A stretch of DNA of 64,000 bases, from assembly GCA_021613535.1 (NCBI GenBank), contig CP075497.1, positions 13,826,001-13,890,000 on the forward strand. Direction: 5' to 3'. Source of the DNA: Adineta vaga. Taxonomy: Eukaryota; Animalia; Rotifera. A program made the translations under genes and the position numbers. Positions 1 through 12,175 of this stretch are shown here, piece by piece. The notes under the pieces were generated by a model. The model was not told where the DNA came from and did no database searches. It saw only the letters and a list, made by a program, of their open reading frames with translations. The stretch's first letter is position 1; each line of letters opens with the position of its first letter.

Positions 1-407
1 TTGAATAGGCAAGTGAACTTCTCTGATCGATTGAAAGCTATAGATGTTATTTGATGTAATACTTCGTCTGATATAGCAATATAATTAACTGAATCATTTG
101 TAGTTGCTACTTTTTTGCATTTTTTCATTGATACGCTTGTTTCCTCAACCACTGAACTAATAGTTGTTGATTCATTTGGTTTAATTATTTTGTTAGCTGG
201 TGGTAATTCTTCATTGATAGATAAGTTTACACGTTGTTTATGCAATCTTCGACGATAGCGTTGTGATTTTCGATTTCCACGACTCTTCTTCTTCTTCTTC
301 TTCTGTTTTTTCTGTTCTTGACCTTGAAATTGTTGCGATTCCTGTTCCATAGTTTGATTTGTATTGCAAAAGTTTGTGTACAAATCTTGAGAGAATGATA
401 TATCCAT
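1..407 (-). CDS. Athena/Terminon ORF1-like coiled-coil protein, paralog 3 (runs off left edge)
   Basis: ATG at 407, frame open to base 1. Contains KKKKKKSRGNRKSQRYRRRLHK and VNYIAISDEVLHQITSIAF, matching KKKKRSRGNRKLQRFR and PNYLSTPDHIFKKMLSTAL in the ORF1 at 2748-4389. Confidence 0.8.
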   Translation of the reverse strand, partial: MDISFSQDLYTNFCNTNQTMEQESQQFQGQEQKKQKKKKKKSRGNRKSQRYRRRLHKQRVNLSINEELPPANKIIKPNESTTISSVVEETSVSMKKCKKVATTNDSVNYIAISDEVLHQITSIAFNRSEKFTCLF

Positions 408-679
408 TATTGTAATAAGATAATATTAATATAGGAATACTAGATCTAACATGTAAAATAATACAATGAATATATGAGCTTAGATCAAATGATTATTAGA
501 TATATAAAGACGAGTAAACATTAAAAACATTCTTAGAAAAAGACCAAAAAAAAAATACTTTCTAGATTAGACTAAATATCTTAAATGGAATAGAACATGC
601 AATCTAACCAAATCTATAATATTTTTCTTGATAAAAGACTTTTATAAAAAGAATTTATTAAAATATTATCTTGTTTGTT

Positions 680-2790
680 TTATTGTGCAATTGTAGTATT
701 CGTATCGAATAGCATTGATTTTGTTGGCTTTTTCTTTACTAATAATTGTTGAAGAGATTTATTAGTCCGTGTACGAATCTTTAATGTAACATTGTTCATA
801 AGTGAACCAGGATAGATATAAGACTTTTTCCATAGTTGTCGTAGTTTTTGTTTAAATTCAGACATTGGACCACTTGAATAAGGGAAATGAACATTGATTT
901 CTTTCTTACTATAATTATGAGAAGATTCACTTTGCTTCGAAGTCATTTGTTGTTGTTGTTGTTGTTTTTCTCGTCGACTGGGTTGATTAATTAATTTCTG
1001 ATGAAGTTGCTCATAGATGTCCTTATCTAATTGTTCCATCAATGTTATAGCATTATGTTGTTGAAAGAACTTGTTAAAATGATAGGAAATAAATTTTGGT
1101 GGATAGTCATTCAATAATAGAGTTAATTCAATATGTAATCTTTCTTGATCAAAATCTTCTACATTTGAACAAAGACGTATTGCTCGAAAAAGAGCACCTT
1201 TAATTGTATTACGATGAACATGACGTGGATGATCCGATAAAAATGGAAGAATATACGGTGCAGCTGCTGGTTTATGATAAACATTAGTTCTCAATTGTCC
1301 TTGATTATTATGTACTGATACATCAAGAAATTGAGCACTTAATCTTATTGTTTGAGTAATACTAATATTTTTATCTTTATGATTTGCATGATTGAGTAAT
1401 GTATTAATTTCATCCGTAGAAAGATTAGCCGTCATAAAAACATCATCAATATATCTATAGAAAGATATAAGCAAAAAATAGATAGATAGATAGAAAGTTA
1501 TCCTCTTACCGGCCATATAATTCATTATGAGCTTTTTGATGTTCAATTAATGATTGTTCCCATTTTAACATATAGATATTAGCTAAAGTCATAGTAAATG
1601 GTGATCCCATTGCTCCACCACGAATTTGTTTATAATATTTTCCTTCGTAAACAAAGGAATTTGTATCCAATACTGCATTAGATAATTTCATCAGAGTATC
1701 AATTGTCATGCCATGAATTCTTCCATTACTTGCATGCATATTTAAAAATTGTTGTAAAGCAACTAGAGCTCCATCTCTTGGTATCATTGTATACAAATCG
1801 GTCACATCAAATGTAATAAAATTTGTTGTTGGTGTTAGACGACCGATACTTTGATACAATGCCAATCGTCGAATAAAATGAATGTCATTAATAAATGTAG
1901 TCTGCTTAGTTGCTTGATCAAATATTGGCCGAAGAACTTGATCTAAAAAATGTGATATACCTATGGCTGGTGAATGTATCATGGAGATAATCGGTCTTAA
2001 TGGTGTACCAATCTAAAAATAATTAAAAATTATATTTTTATTATCAATATATTTTAAATACGATTACTTTGTGTGGTTTTGGTAGAAAATAAAGATGAGG
2101 TAATTCAATTGTTTCAATATTTGGATACATCTTTAGTTTCCATAGATTACGATTAATAGCTTTATTCTTCAATAATAGATTTAATAATCCTATAATATGT
2201 TGAAAATGATCTCTACATGGATTAATACCATTTTCAATTTCTTGATAAGCTTGAGTTTTTTCCATATAAGCCAATGATTTATTATGATAACTTTCAACGC
2301 TAGCTAAATGAAATACTTTACTTTTATCTGATCTTTGTATGACAATGTTATGTTTATTTCGTATACGTTTGATATTTTTTATCATTTGTTGTTCATATTG
2401 AGCGCGTGCTAATAATTTCGGTGGTAATGGTGTTGTATGTGATAAAGTCAAGAGATTCTTAATACCATCAAAAAATTCATTGGCTCGTTGATCAGATCCA
2501 GAAACACAATTATCATGAAAACCATCTTTAAAACATTTGACAAGTGTTTCATATTCTTTTGTAATGATAACATCTACGGATAAATTTGAGAAATGACTTT
2601 GACAAGTTGGTATAAAAGGTGAACCATTTGCAAGAAATTCAATATAATTTGATGAAGGAATTGGAGCTAATTCAATGATTGGTGCTGATAAACGAATATG
2701 ACTTAGTTTAGTAAAATGATTGCTCCGATGATTGTTGCACCAACCAGTTATTTTTCTTCTATAAACACCATCGGAGCATCGTCGAAAAAA
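680..2790 (-). CDS. Penelope-like (Athena-type, endonuclease-deficient) reverse transcriptase; -1 frame relative to ORF1, two introns
   Basis: Open -1 frame from 2790 (LANGSPFIPTCQSHF...). Introns 2013-2067 and 1455-1509 (GT-AG, 55 nt each) restore PHK|IGTPLRPIIS and YG R|YIDD. Motifs FDVTDLYT, QIRGGAMGSP, YIDD, FLDV, YHKP. Stop at 680 with no GIY-YIG domain. Confidence 0.92.
2721..2790 (-). promoter_or_regulatory. -1 programmed ribosomal frameshift signal
   Basis: Minus-strand T TTT TTC (2790-2784) in XXXYYYZ phase with ORF1, a 5-nt spacer, then a perfect 10-bp stem TGCTCCGATG (2778-2769) / CATCGGAGCA (2730-2721). Confidence 0.85.
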
Positions 2791-4389
2791 GACAATTTAT
2801 GCTTGGTAATTAATTCCATACGTTTAATAATATTTGATTGACGTGCTGCTATAGCATTGAGAATAGTAAAAAATGGTTTTGGTAGTGGAACTTGTCCACC
2901 AACTGATTCAATGAGTTTCTTCTTTTCACATGCAATCATATTTGTTTGACTTCGAACTATTTGTTCACTTGTATTAATTTCTAATGATATTAAATCATAT
3001 TTAAATTGGGCAATCATCTTTTCACGTCGAGACAAGATTGTAGCACATACATCTGTATTTAATGGTAGATTATCAAGTAATTTTTCAATATTATCAATGG
3101 CATGATCGAGAACATTAAATGATACTGGTAATCTTCTTGTATAAAGACGTTTTTTTAATATTGCCACATATTGTTCGGCTTGTTGTTTATCTAATGTTGT
3201 TTGCCATATAACTTTAGCTGAGATAATCTAAATATATAAATGTAGATTTATAACAATAATAAAATCTTTCTCACTTGATCTTCAGATGGTTTTAAATCAT
3301 AAAATGTTTGTACTAAATGATAATCATTCGCATCAAATTCTAATATAGATTTTTTTCGTTGAAAATCAGCTGCCAATTTATGTTGACCTCTACGTACCAA
3401 TGCAGGAATTATCATTGATAATCTTTGTAGATCAACAGATTGGCCAATTTGTAATTCCGTATGTTGATTCAATGAGATTTCTATTTGTTTTAATTGTTCA
3501 ATAGTTGTTTCTCGATATTTTTCTATGTTTTTCTCTGTTACAAATTGAACACTGTTTAATTTATTCTCTTTTAGAAATTGTTTGGATAATTTCATTGACC
3601 ATACTTTGGAAGTGACCATAATAGTATAATAATTCTCCCAATACTCTTGTTTCAATCTTAAATAGAATAAATTATTGAAAATTTGAGCATATTCACGAGC
3701 ATATTGTAATTTTTCAGGTGTATCCAGTGATTGAATTGTATGTTCAGCACCTTCTAAAGCTGTTGATAACATCTTTTTAAATATATGATCTGGTGTACTT
3801 AAATAATTTGGCTTCATATCTAATCTTGATGTAGTACTTGTTGTGGTGGTGGTGGTGGTATCATCAACAACAGCAAATGTGACTGAACGATGTCGTTTTT
3901 CTTTTGGTTGTGTGATTGAAATTGTGCTAATCGATGCAGTAACGCCTGTTGGTCGAGTTTCTCGTTTCCTTTTGACTATTTTGGACTGAACATCATGATG
4001 TACATCTGATTGCTCCTATTATATATTTTTTTATGATATTAATAGACAAATAGTATTCATATTTATAGAAAATATACATTACCGGAAGAGTCAATGAATT
4101 ATTATCTTCTTGTGTTTCATTGACAAGTTGATGTGATGAAGCACTATATGTTTCAATCATTGTTGCAATTGTTTCATCATTTATTCCTTGATTCTTCAAT
4201 TTTGATCTAAATCTCTGTAATTTACGATTTCCACGAGACCTTTTCTTCTTCTTGTTCTTGTTGAATTGTTGGTGTATTCTCTGCTGTCGAAAGAATAAGT
4301 TGTTGTCTATCGTCTGACTTGGAATGAGTAGAATTATTTTTATTAGTTTCATTATTATTAGTAGTTGTAGTATTATCATCATCAGCCAT
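2748..4389 (-). CDS. Athena/Terminon ORF1 coiled-coil protein upstream of RT (3 exons)
   Basis: Basic motif KKKKRSRGNRKLQRFR. Introns 4016-4082 and 3228-3274 join ORFs 3993-4382, 3248-3817 and 2748-3167 in frame. Ends KHKLSFFD at the slippery site. Start ambiguous (ATG 4382, or ATG 4389 plus a frameshift). Confidence 0.85.
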
Positions 4390-4541
4390 CTTGAGAGGGA
4401 AGCAAAAAATGAATATCTAAAATTTAAAAACTAACCAAAATTGAGAAATGAAAAGCTTTCATTAAGAATATTTTAAATGAATTGAAAGTTTTTTGATAAT
4501 AAAAAACATGATCAATATTTTTCTAAAGTTCTTTTTTCTAT

Positions 4542-4925
4542 TCATAATATTGATATTGATGCACGCAATTGTTTTGATTTGAATTTATAAAAACATTGAA
4601 TACGTTCATAAATCAGATTAATCATTATCTTCGATAATACTTGATTCTGTTCAACAGATGAATGTCGTTGATTGGACCATATTTCCTTAATAGTACAAAG
4701 GAGAAGGTGTTGTATGAATATCATCAATATTATAGCGATGGAAATTGCGTTCAATATTTGTATTGCTCATAGGCTTCATAATACAATAAAAATGATGAAT
4801 AATTTCTTTTTAAAGGAAAGATAATAACATATTATATTTGAATCTGTTGGACGAATGATTTGTTCTGATTTTTCATTATCAGTATTACCAATGGATATAT
4901 TTTGTTTATTTGAAAGATCATCCAT
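4542..4925 (-). pseudogene. Small hydrophobic (transmembrane-like) ORF with two in-frame TGA, inside the retroelement cassette
   Basis: ATG 4925 MDDLSNKQ...KKKLFIIFIVL*SL*AIQILNAISIAIILMIFIQHLLL is in frame with track ORF 4542-4754. Confidence 0.35.
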
Positions 4926-5659
4926 GTTATTTTTTCTACAGTTTCTTGTAATTATAAAATTATAATTTAATTATCTAAAATAAATCAAGCTAAAAACAAC
5001 AATTTAAATGTTCCAGTAAATCATTTAAATCATACAGTTTATTATTGTATATTTTATAGAAGAAAGAGTTTGTGATATTTAAAAACGAGTCAATCCAATT
5101 CTAACTATATTATAAAACTAAATGTGAATAGAATAAAAATAATGCAGTGATCTATATAAGATGCTTCACATATATATATATAGATGGGTGAGTGAGCGAG
5201 CGAGAGAGAGAGAGAGAGAGATTCTTGGATTTTTCTCATTGGTGAAAAATTAGATATGCATAGATGAAAGAGATAATATAAACAATTATATCACATGATT
5301 GAATTCATAATTGATGTCATCAAGAATTTGATAGACATTGTATTCTGATAAATATTAATGAGATGAAAGTAAACAAATACAGATATCTAAATATAATAAT
5401 ACCACTAAGTTATACCTAGATTAGAAACCGAATAGATGATAGAGTTAATCTGAAAAAAAAATGAATAAATGATGATTAATACATATGAAAGTGAAGCAAA
5501 ATGAGTTACCAATAAAACACATAATTAATAGTAGCAGATGATTAAATGAATTGAAAACAATAAATGAGAATGTATGTATGAATAAAAATAAAAAGGAAAT
5601 AACAACAAAAATTGTATGTTCAAAAGTCTTCAATATTTAGAATTAAATAGAAGAGAAAG

Positions 5660-6954
5660 TCAAGTATGCAAAAATGAGATAATTTTTTGTGTACGATTTT
5701 CTATGTTTACACGACGAGCTTCGATAATGGCACACATGAGAGGATCGAATTCGTGGGAAAATGGCATTTGATATGATTGATGATTATCAGTGCTCATGAA
5801 TGTTATTGTTGTATTACTTCGTTTGTTATTTGATGAATTGAATTTTTTTTCATGAATCTGACGTTGACAATATTTTCGTTTTCCACGCCAAATTTTTTCG
5901 GCTTTGATTTTCTAAAACGAAAAGATACAAATCAGTATGCTATAGTAAAGTTGAGAAGAAGAAAAAGAATAACGAATTACTTGATTTTCTGTCGGATGAA
6001 GTTCATAGAATGATTTCACCAGTTGAATTTCGTCAGCATCAACTGGTAACATACTTTTCTTCTGTTCAAATCTTGTATGTAATTCTTTTAAACCATTTTC
6101 AATGAGAACTCGCAGCGTATCCGATATTATATGCATTATTTCATGGGTTGATGTTTTATCAGATACCAACGAGTGATAACAAGAATATTGTTGTTGTAAA
6201 TGAATTCGTAGTTGTTGACAGATTTTATTGAGTTTGTTTTCGGTTAATTTTTGTCGATGTCGAATATTATGTTCAGTTCGAGGATAATCCCAATTGATTG
6301 AACATCGTTTTGTGAGATTCTTTGGCATTCTTGATAACCATTGGACGGCAAATAAAAGTCTATCTTGGACATGTTGCCAGTAATCTTTTTCCATTTCCAA
6401 CTGAAATCTCATACACATTAAATGAGCATAGTTTTGAACAAATGATAATAATTGTTGATTTTCTAAATATTGTTGAAGTTGTCGACGATAGTAAGGATTT
6501 GCTGTACGAGATAGTAAAATTTTAAATTCTTGTTTTGAAATTTCATTATAGTTTGGTGTTAATTCCGGAGATAATTTCCAGATGTCAGTGGACAAGTTTG
6601 ATATGTTTTTTGTTCGTCTACGATTTTGTTTATTTGATAAATATCGATTTGAACCATTGCTGTTGTTGTCGTCGTCGTCGTCGTCGTTTTCTTCTTCTGT
6701 TGCTGTTGTTGTCGAAAAGGATTGTATTGGTATTCCTCCAGTTACTAATGCTTTCGTTGTTGTTTCAGACATAACATTCGTTATGAGCTTAGTCATCTCT
6801 ACATTATGCATTCGATTGATATCATATTTTTTGGTACTGGCAAAATCAACAAAACGTTTGTTTATTGTATTCTGTTCTAATCCTAAAAATATGATTCAGT
6901 TCTATTTAAAATCAAATAACAAAAGCAGTTTTTCTTACCGTTCAATGTCGACAT
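5660..6954 (-). CDS. Athena/Terminon ORF1-like coiled-coil paralog 1 (3 exons, no RT fusion)
   Basis: Exons 6954-6939, 6882-5981 and 5911-5660 splice in frame. Shares PNY..., LVKSFYELHPTENQ| (vs LVQTFYDLKPSEDQ|, same intron position) and AIIEARRVNIENR (vs AIAARQSNIIKR) with the ORF1 at 2748-4389. Confidence 0.8.
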
Positions 6955-7371
6955 AGGTAATAGTAATATCGGACACAATTATATTAAATCTATTAATGTG
7001 TAGTGATATATGATCTGAAATATATATGAAGAATGCATAAATGAATATTATATTGAAAGAAAGTAGTTTTAACATTGCAATAACTAAATAGAACAATGAA
7101 GACACATAAGAGTGATACTATGAAGTAACAAATAAATAAAGAACACTATGAAATCAAAACAAAAGAGAAAGTTGGGTTTTCAAAACAATCTACAATATAA
7201 CTACAAGACGGACTAAAAAAGAAAATGTCTAACTTAAACTTTGTGCGGACATATTTTCATAAGTTCTTCAATTGGTTTTTGTTTTGTTAATAAAGTATTT
7301 AAGGAATAGATTTGTTTCGAATGTAAAATAGTTTGAGTATTTTTATGCACCAATTGTGGATCTCCAATAAG

Positions 7372-7411
7372 ACAAGATAACGCTCGTCAAGAGTGCCTCG
7401 CTTGACGCTCG
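7372..7411 (-). mobile_element. Helitron/Helentron-like 3' terminal hairpin
   Basis: Minus strand CGAGCGTCAAGCGAGGCACTCTTGACGAGCGTTATCTTGT with a CGTCAAG/CTTGACG stem; similar copy on + at 54599-54637. Confidence 0.5.
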
Positions 7412-8097
7412 ACTGAAGAATTGACAAAAATGAATTTATTGATTATTCCTGCTGAAAAGCGTTTAGTTTTGAAAATGAATTTTTTCATCTTGCTTACATT
7501 CTAAAACATCATGAATTGTTACAATATCATTATTATCATATGGTATCATTTTTCTTTCATCATTTATTTGTGAATATTTGTTGATATTCCTATAATATTC
7601 AAAAACTTTAACTTAGTGAATTTTATGGTTTACACAACTGAGATTCTAAGATGGATAAGAAAAGTACAGTAATCATTATACAACAAAATGTTAGAGAAGC
7701 AAGCAAACATCTGCATAAATTTCTTAGCACAATCATCATCTCTATATCGTTGTTCATGCAAGAAATCGAAAGTAGATTTTTCGAATGCTTTCATGTGTTT
7801 TTCACGTTGATTGGTGTAGTAGGAGGAATTGCATATAATTCACACCACACCGACTTAGTATCGCAAAGAATGATAGCTTTCGAGAAGGGAGCACTGTGAA
7901 GTGCTACTTCGAGGTATTAGGTACGCGCAATCAAACAACCATCAATAACTAATATCACGCACGCATTAATCAATGAATTCCATTATGTTCAATTTGTCAA
8001 CAAGAATTATATTAGTTTCATATGATGGGGAATATGATTTTGTAGCAAAATCATTTACTTTAAAAGTAAATGAATGTGTAAATAATTAATATTAAGT

Positions 8098-8461
8098 GAC
8101 AAAACCACAAAGACTACAAGACCACAAAGACCACAAGACCACAAGACCACAAAGACCACAAGACCACGAAGACCACAAGACCACAAGACCACAAAGACCA
8201 CAAAGACCACAAGACCACAAGACCACAAAGACCACAAGACAAGACCACAAGACCACAAAGACCACAAAGACCACAAGACCACAAGACCACAAAGACCAGA
8301 AGACCACAAGACCACAAGACCACAAGACCACAAGACCACAAAGACCACAAGACCACAAGACCACAAAGACCACAAAGACCACAAGACCACAAGACCACAA
8401 GACCACAAAGACCACAAAGACCACAAGACCACAAGACCACAAGACCACAAGACCACAAGAC
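8098..8461 (+). repeat. Irregular tandem array of GACCACAA/GACCACAAA
   Basis: Directly visible 8/9-bp units with rare GACCAGAA/GACCACGAA variants; degenerate at its left edge. Confidence 0.97.
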
Positions 8462-8730
8462 GGTCTTTGTGGTCTTGTGGTCTTTGTGGTCTTTGTGGTC
8501 TTTGTGGTCTTGTGTCTTCTGGTCTTTGTGTCTTGTGGTCTTGTGGTCTTTGTGGTCTTGTGGTCTTGTGGTCTTGTGGTCTTCTGGTCTTCTGTCTTTG
8601 TGGTCTTTGTGGTCTTGTGGTCTTGTGGTCTTGTGGTCTTGTGGTCTTGTGGTCTTGTGGTCTTTGTGGTCTTGTGGTCTTTGTGGTCTTGTGGTCTGTG
8701 GTCTTTGTGGTCTTGTGGTCTTTGTGGTCT
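8462..8730 (+). repeat. Inverted tandem array TTGTGGTC/TTTGTGGTC (candidate left TIR)
   Basis: Reverse complement of the preceding array; the switch occurs at caagac|ggtctttg. Confidence 0.97.
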
Positions 8731-9726
8731 CAGAGAGATAAGAGTTTTCGTGATTCTGTACGAAGTATTTGATGCAGATATGGATACACAGAGAATTGAA
8801 TTTATACCAGCAAAGACATATAGAACAAGTGCTATGGTAGTCATATGAGGAAGATAAGCTAGCGAAGATATGTTCGCCCAACATCAAAATATCTTTCATT
8901 GTAATCTATGAACGTTTATTCTTTGCGTTTTAGAGTTATAAATAGAAAATATTGATTTTAAAGGAAAACAAATCTTTCGCGTTATGTCATTTCTTTATTG
9001 TCAATCACGGAAAATACTTTCTTATTATTTAACAAAGTTAGCGGAAAAGCTTTAAATTTAATCGATTGATGCTTCCGCATAAATTCTTAGATTAATAGTT
9101 ATCACATGACTATGAATGTAAAATAATCATCGATGTATTATCCAAAAATTTTTCTCGTATTGTGTATATGAAAAATACGCTATGAATATGCACCATGTTA
9201 CCGACAATTGAAAGCGAAATGTGAGCAGTCAAGAGAAACTTCGTAACAAGAAATATATGAGTGCTTTTATAAAAAAAAAATGTTTATGTTGTAATCCCAC
9301 ATGCCATATATACACATTATATTGTTGCAGTACATCTCACTTATGTTCTCTCTTGTTATTATATGTTTTAAACGATAGTTAGTTCAAAATATAAGCAGTT
9401 AAATCTGAAAGAAAGGTAATTTGAATTCTATTAGTAGAACTAATGTTAAATTATACTCTAATTTCAACATGACTTGAATATTACGTTGAAATCTTGTTCT
9501 TATTCTAATTTAAGATATCAATACATTCAAAATAAGAATATATCTAAAGTTTGCATTGATATCATATGTAGGATCTTCAATAAGTGATGCTTATTTGTTT
9601 TTACTACTTAAGCGATCTCGAGTAAGAATGTGTTGAAGTAGTCGTTCATGTACGACTGGACATCAAATAGCTTTAATATTTATCTTTTATGTTTCAAAAA
9701 AAAATTCACTATGATAAATGTCAGTT

Positions 9727-12175
9727 TCAATCCTTTTCAATGTTCCCAATATTCATAGTATCTATTACTTTGTCAGCAACTTTAGAACCATATTCATGAT
9801 TTTCATCTTTCAACATTAGTGTTTCAAATACACAATAACTTTGATACGTTTGTTGACCTTGAATCACATTTTCAAGATGGGTATTGAAAATAAGACCACG
9901 ACGAGCAGGATCTTGATCAAGTGTATCACAATTTTTCAAATGAAAAAGTAAAATTGTAAATAATGCTGCTGTAGGATAAGAAAAACTTCGTAAAGATGTT
10001 TTAAAATTGGTGAGATACGAAAATGTTTGTTCAGCAACGCTTGTGTTGATACCAATAAACTTTATTTTGTTTTGTTCGGAATCAGGATTGAATAAAGTTT
10101 TACATAAATTACCTGTATGTACTGTATTATGAAATCGATCTGTTACCAAAGTCATATCCATTAATTGTTGGGAATATTTCGTTTCTTGCATGTATTCAGT
10201 ACCAAATCGATATCTCCAGAACTTATATAATTGACATGCAGCATCATAAACTAATAATGAAGGTAATTTTGCTCCAAGTTTTAACATTGTTAAAAGATGA
10301 TCGGTGATTTTGCGAGGTCCTTCATGATTAACTGAATCAGAAAAACCAATAATAATTCCACAATTTAAGAAGGAAGCAATAAAACCCATCGATCGTTTCT
10401 TCGATTCAAAACGTTCTTCCATATCATTTCGGCCAACATTACATTGAGATTCTTTATGATCAAGTTCTTTAAGATATTTCAAATATTTTTGTAACTCATT
10501 ATCTGACATTTTCGTTTCCATTGACAATTCTTCAGTATGTTTGTCTCGATGATAATCACAATAATGGTATACATCATCTAAAAGTAAAAAACATTCACAC
10601 GATTTGTTATCAAACAAAAGTCGATATAGGAATTCAGTATTTTCTCTTTCAATTCTCATTCCATTAAAACAGTTGAAAATAGTTCAAGGATATTTCTCAT
10701 CAACTCATTAATCCATATGAAAACACGATGAATAATGTTAAATTAAAACATTAAATTCCATACATACTATTTAATTCTTGATTATTCGATTTCTTTCTTC
10801 TTGGCATGTATGGGCAACCTTTGTTGATTGGCCCAAGCTCGGCACTATTAATAATACTGGTAACATTATCATATCTGCATACTAAACGACGTCTAAATCA
10901 GGTAAAAGAACATTATTTTTATTTAATAAGATACTTATTGAGTATTTTTAAACATTCTAAATAAAAAGCTCATGATGAATTAGTGAAGCTTTCTTTGAAG
11001 ATTAAATGACTAATTCATTATTTTATCCTAAGCGATGAAAAAGAAGTTTATTGAAAACAAATAGATCATACAGAAGTATACTTCTATCTTGTTCCATCTT
11101 TGATTATGAGCAAAGTTAAAAGAAACATTTTCAAGAAAAAAACATACGGTTTTTGATGACCATCAATAACCATAACTTTCGAGCAGTTACCACATTTACA
11201 TGCACCAAAGACGATTTCGTGATGTGACCAAAAAGTAGTGAAAACATGGTAGATCCAATCCAAGTTTCTTTCAATAAATATTGCTCTTAATGATTGTTGA
11301 CCTTTGATTCTTGTTCGACCTTCACTCATAGCATACGGAAAATGAATATCCGTTGATTTACTCGCCATTAATATAAAATTTGTTAATTCATAATATAGCC
11401 AAACAGCTTCTAAATTTCGAGCAAGATTATCTGCTGTAATATTATCTTCCCTTTTGGGATGAAGTCTATTGAAGACTTTTATCGTAGCAGAAGAAAAACC
11501 TTCAAAAGTGGCATAATCATCAATTAATTGCGAAGAAAAAGAAATGAGAATTTCTTTCGAAAAGACAGTAACACCGGAAAAATGAATAAAATCAGATTGT
11601 TGTGATTCAGCAGTGACGAGTGTTTTCTTTTGATCTATCAGGTAAACAGATGATACACGATAAGAACGACGACATGGATAGCAGTCGGCTTTATAAAGAA
11701 GACATGATTGAACTTTCGTGCAGTAAACAACATAACCACATGATTGGAAAATTGTTTTCAATTGTGCATTACATATACTACATATGGTTCGATGCGGTAA
11801 CAGAAGAAGAGGACTAAAATTTCTTGCAAATGCAGATTGAGGTTGAGAATGTTTGTATTCGTTCAAATAATGTTGTATTGTCTCAATACTACAATCAAAA
11901 ATCAATTCTTGTTGTATATTTTCATTACCCATTAAGATATTATGGGCAATAAGTACATCATTGCTTGAATAATCAATACCAGTTTCTTTTTTTAAAATGA
12001 AACAAATAAAATCGAGTCGTTCTTCACTAGTACAAGGCGGTGGTAATGGATAAACATAACTAGCGGGAATTAGATGGCCGACATTGATAATGATCGTAGC
12101 TGCTTTGAGAGTTCGTTTATTTTCATCTGGAAATGCTAATTTGAGACGTTGGTATACAACTTCAATGATAGACAT
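9727..12175 (-). CDS. KDZ-family transposase with CxC5/CxC6-like cysteine clusters (3 exons, ~670 aa)
   Basis: Exons 12175-11148, 10892-10768 and 10577-9727 splice in frame. N-terminal CSIC...CYPCRRSY cluster; CKCGNC..VIDGHQKP RRLVC...GCP...YCDYH; catalytic-region motifs NCGIIIG, LVYDAACQL, DRFHNTVH, INTSVAEQTF. Confidence 0.85.

Noticed and set aside
5169-5220. (TA)n and (GA)n microsatellites with GGGTGAGTGAG
   Set aside because: Simple repeats; too short to call telomeric.
6322-6956. Plus-strand ORFs overlapping the ORF1 paralog, and similar short antisense ORFs elsewhere
   Set aside because: Shadow frames of real genes on the opposite strand with no recognisable motifs.
7405-7440. Hammerhead ribozyme (CTGAAGA core) expected near Penelope-like elements
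   Set aside because: No properly placed GAAA or stems I/III. No convincing hammerhead was found by eye in the window; an RNAMotif/Infernal search would be decisive.
8098-8461. Array as the telomerase cap of the Athena element
   Set aside because: A cap would put the G-rich strand on + here, but + is C/A-rich. The unit also differs from the TGTGGG/TGAGGG repeats known in bdelloids. Not fully excluded for this species.
8055-8899. Several long ORFs (LWSCGLVV.../KTTRPQDH...)
   Set aside because: Translations of the stop-free tandem repeat in multiple frames; not genes.
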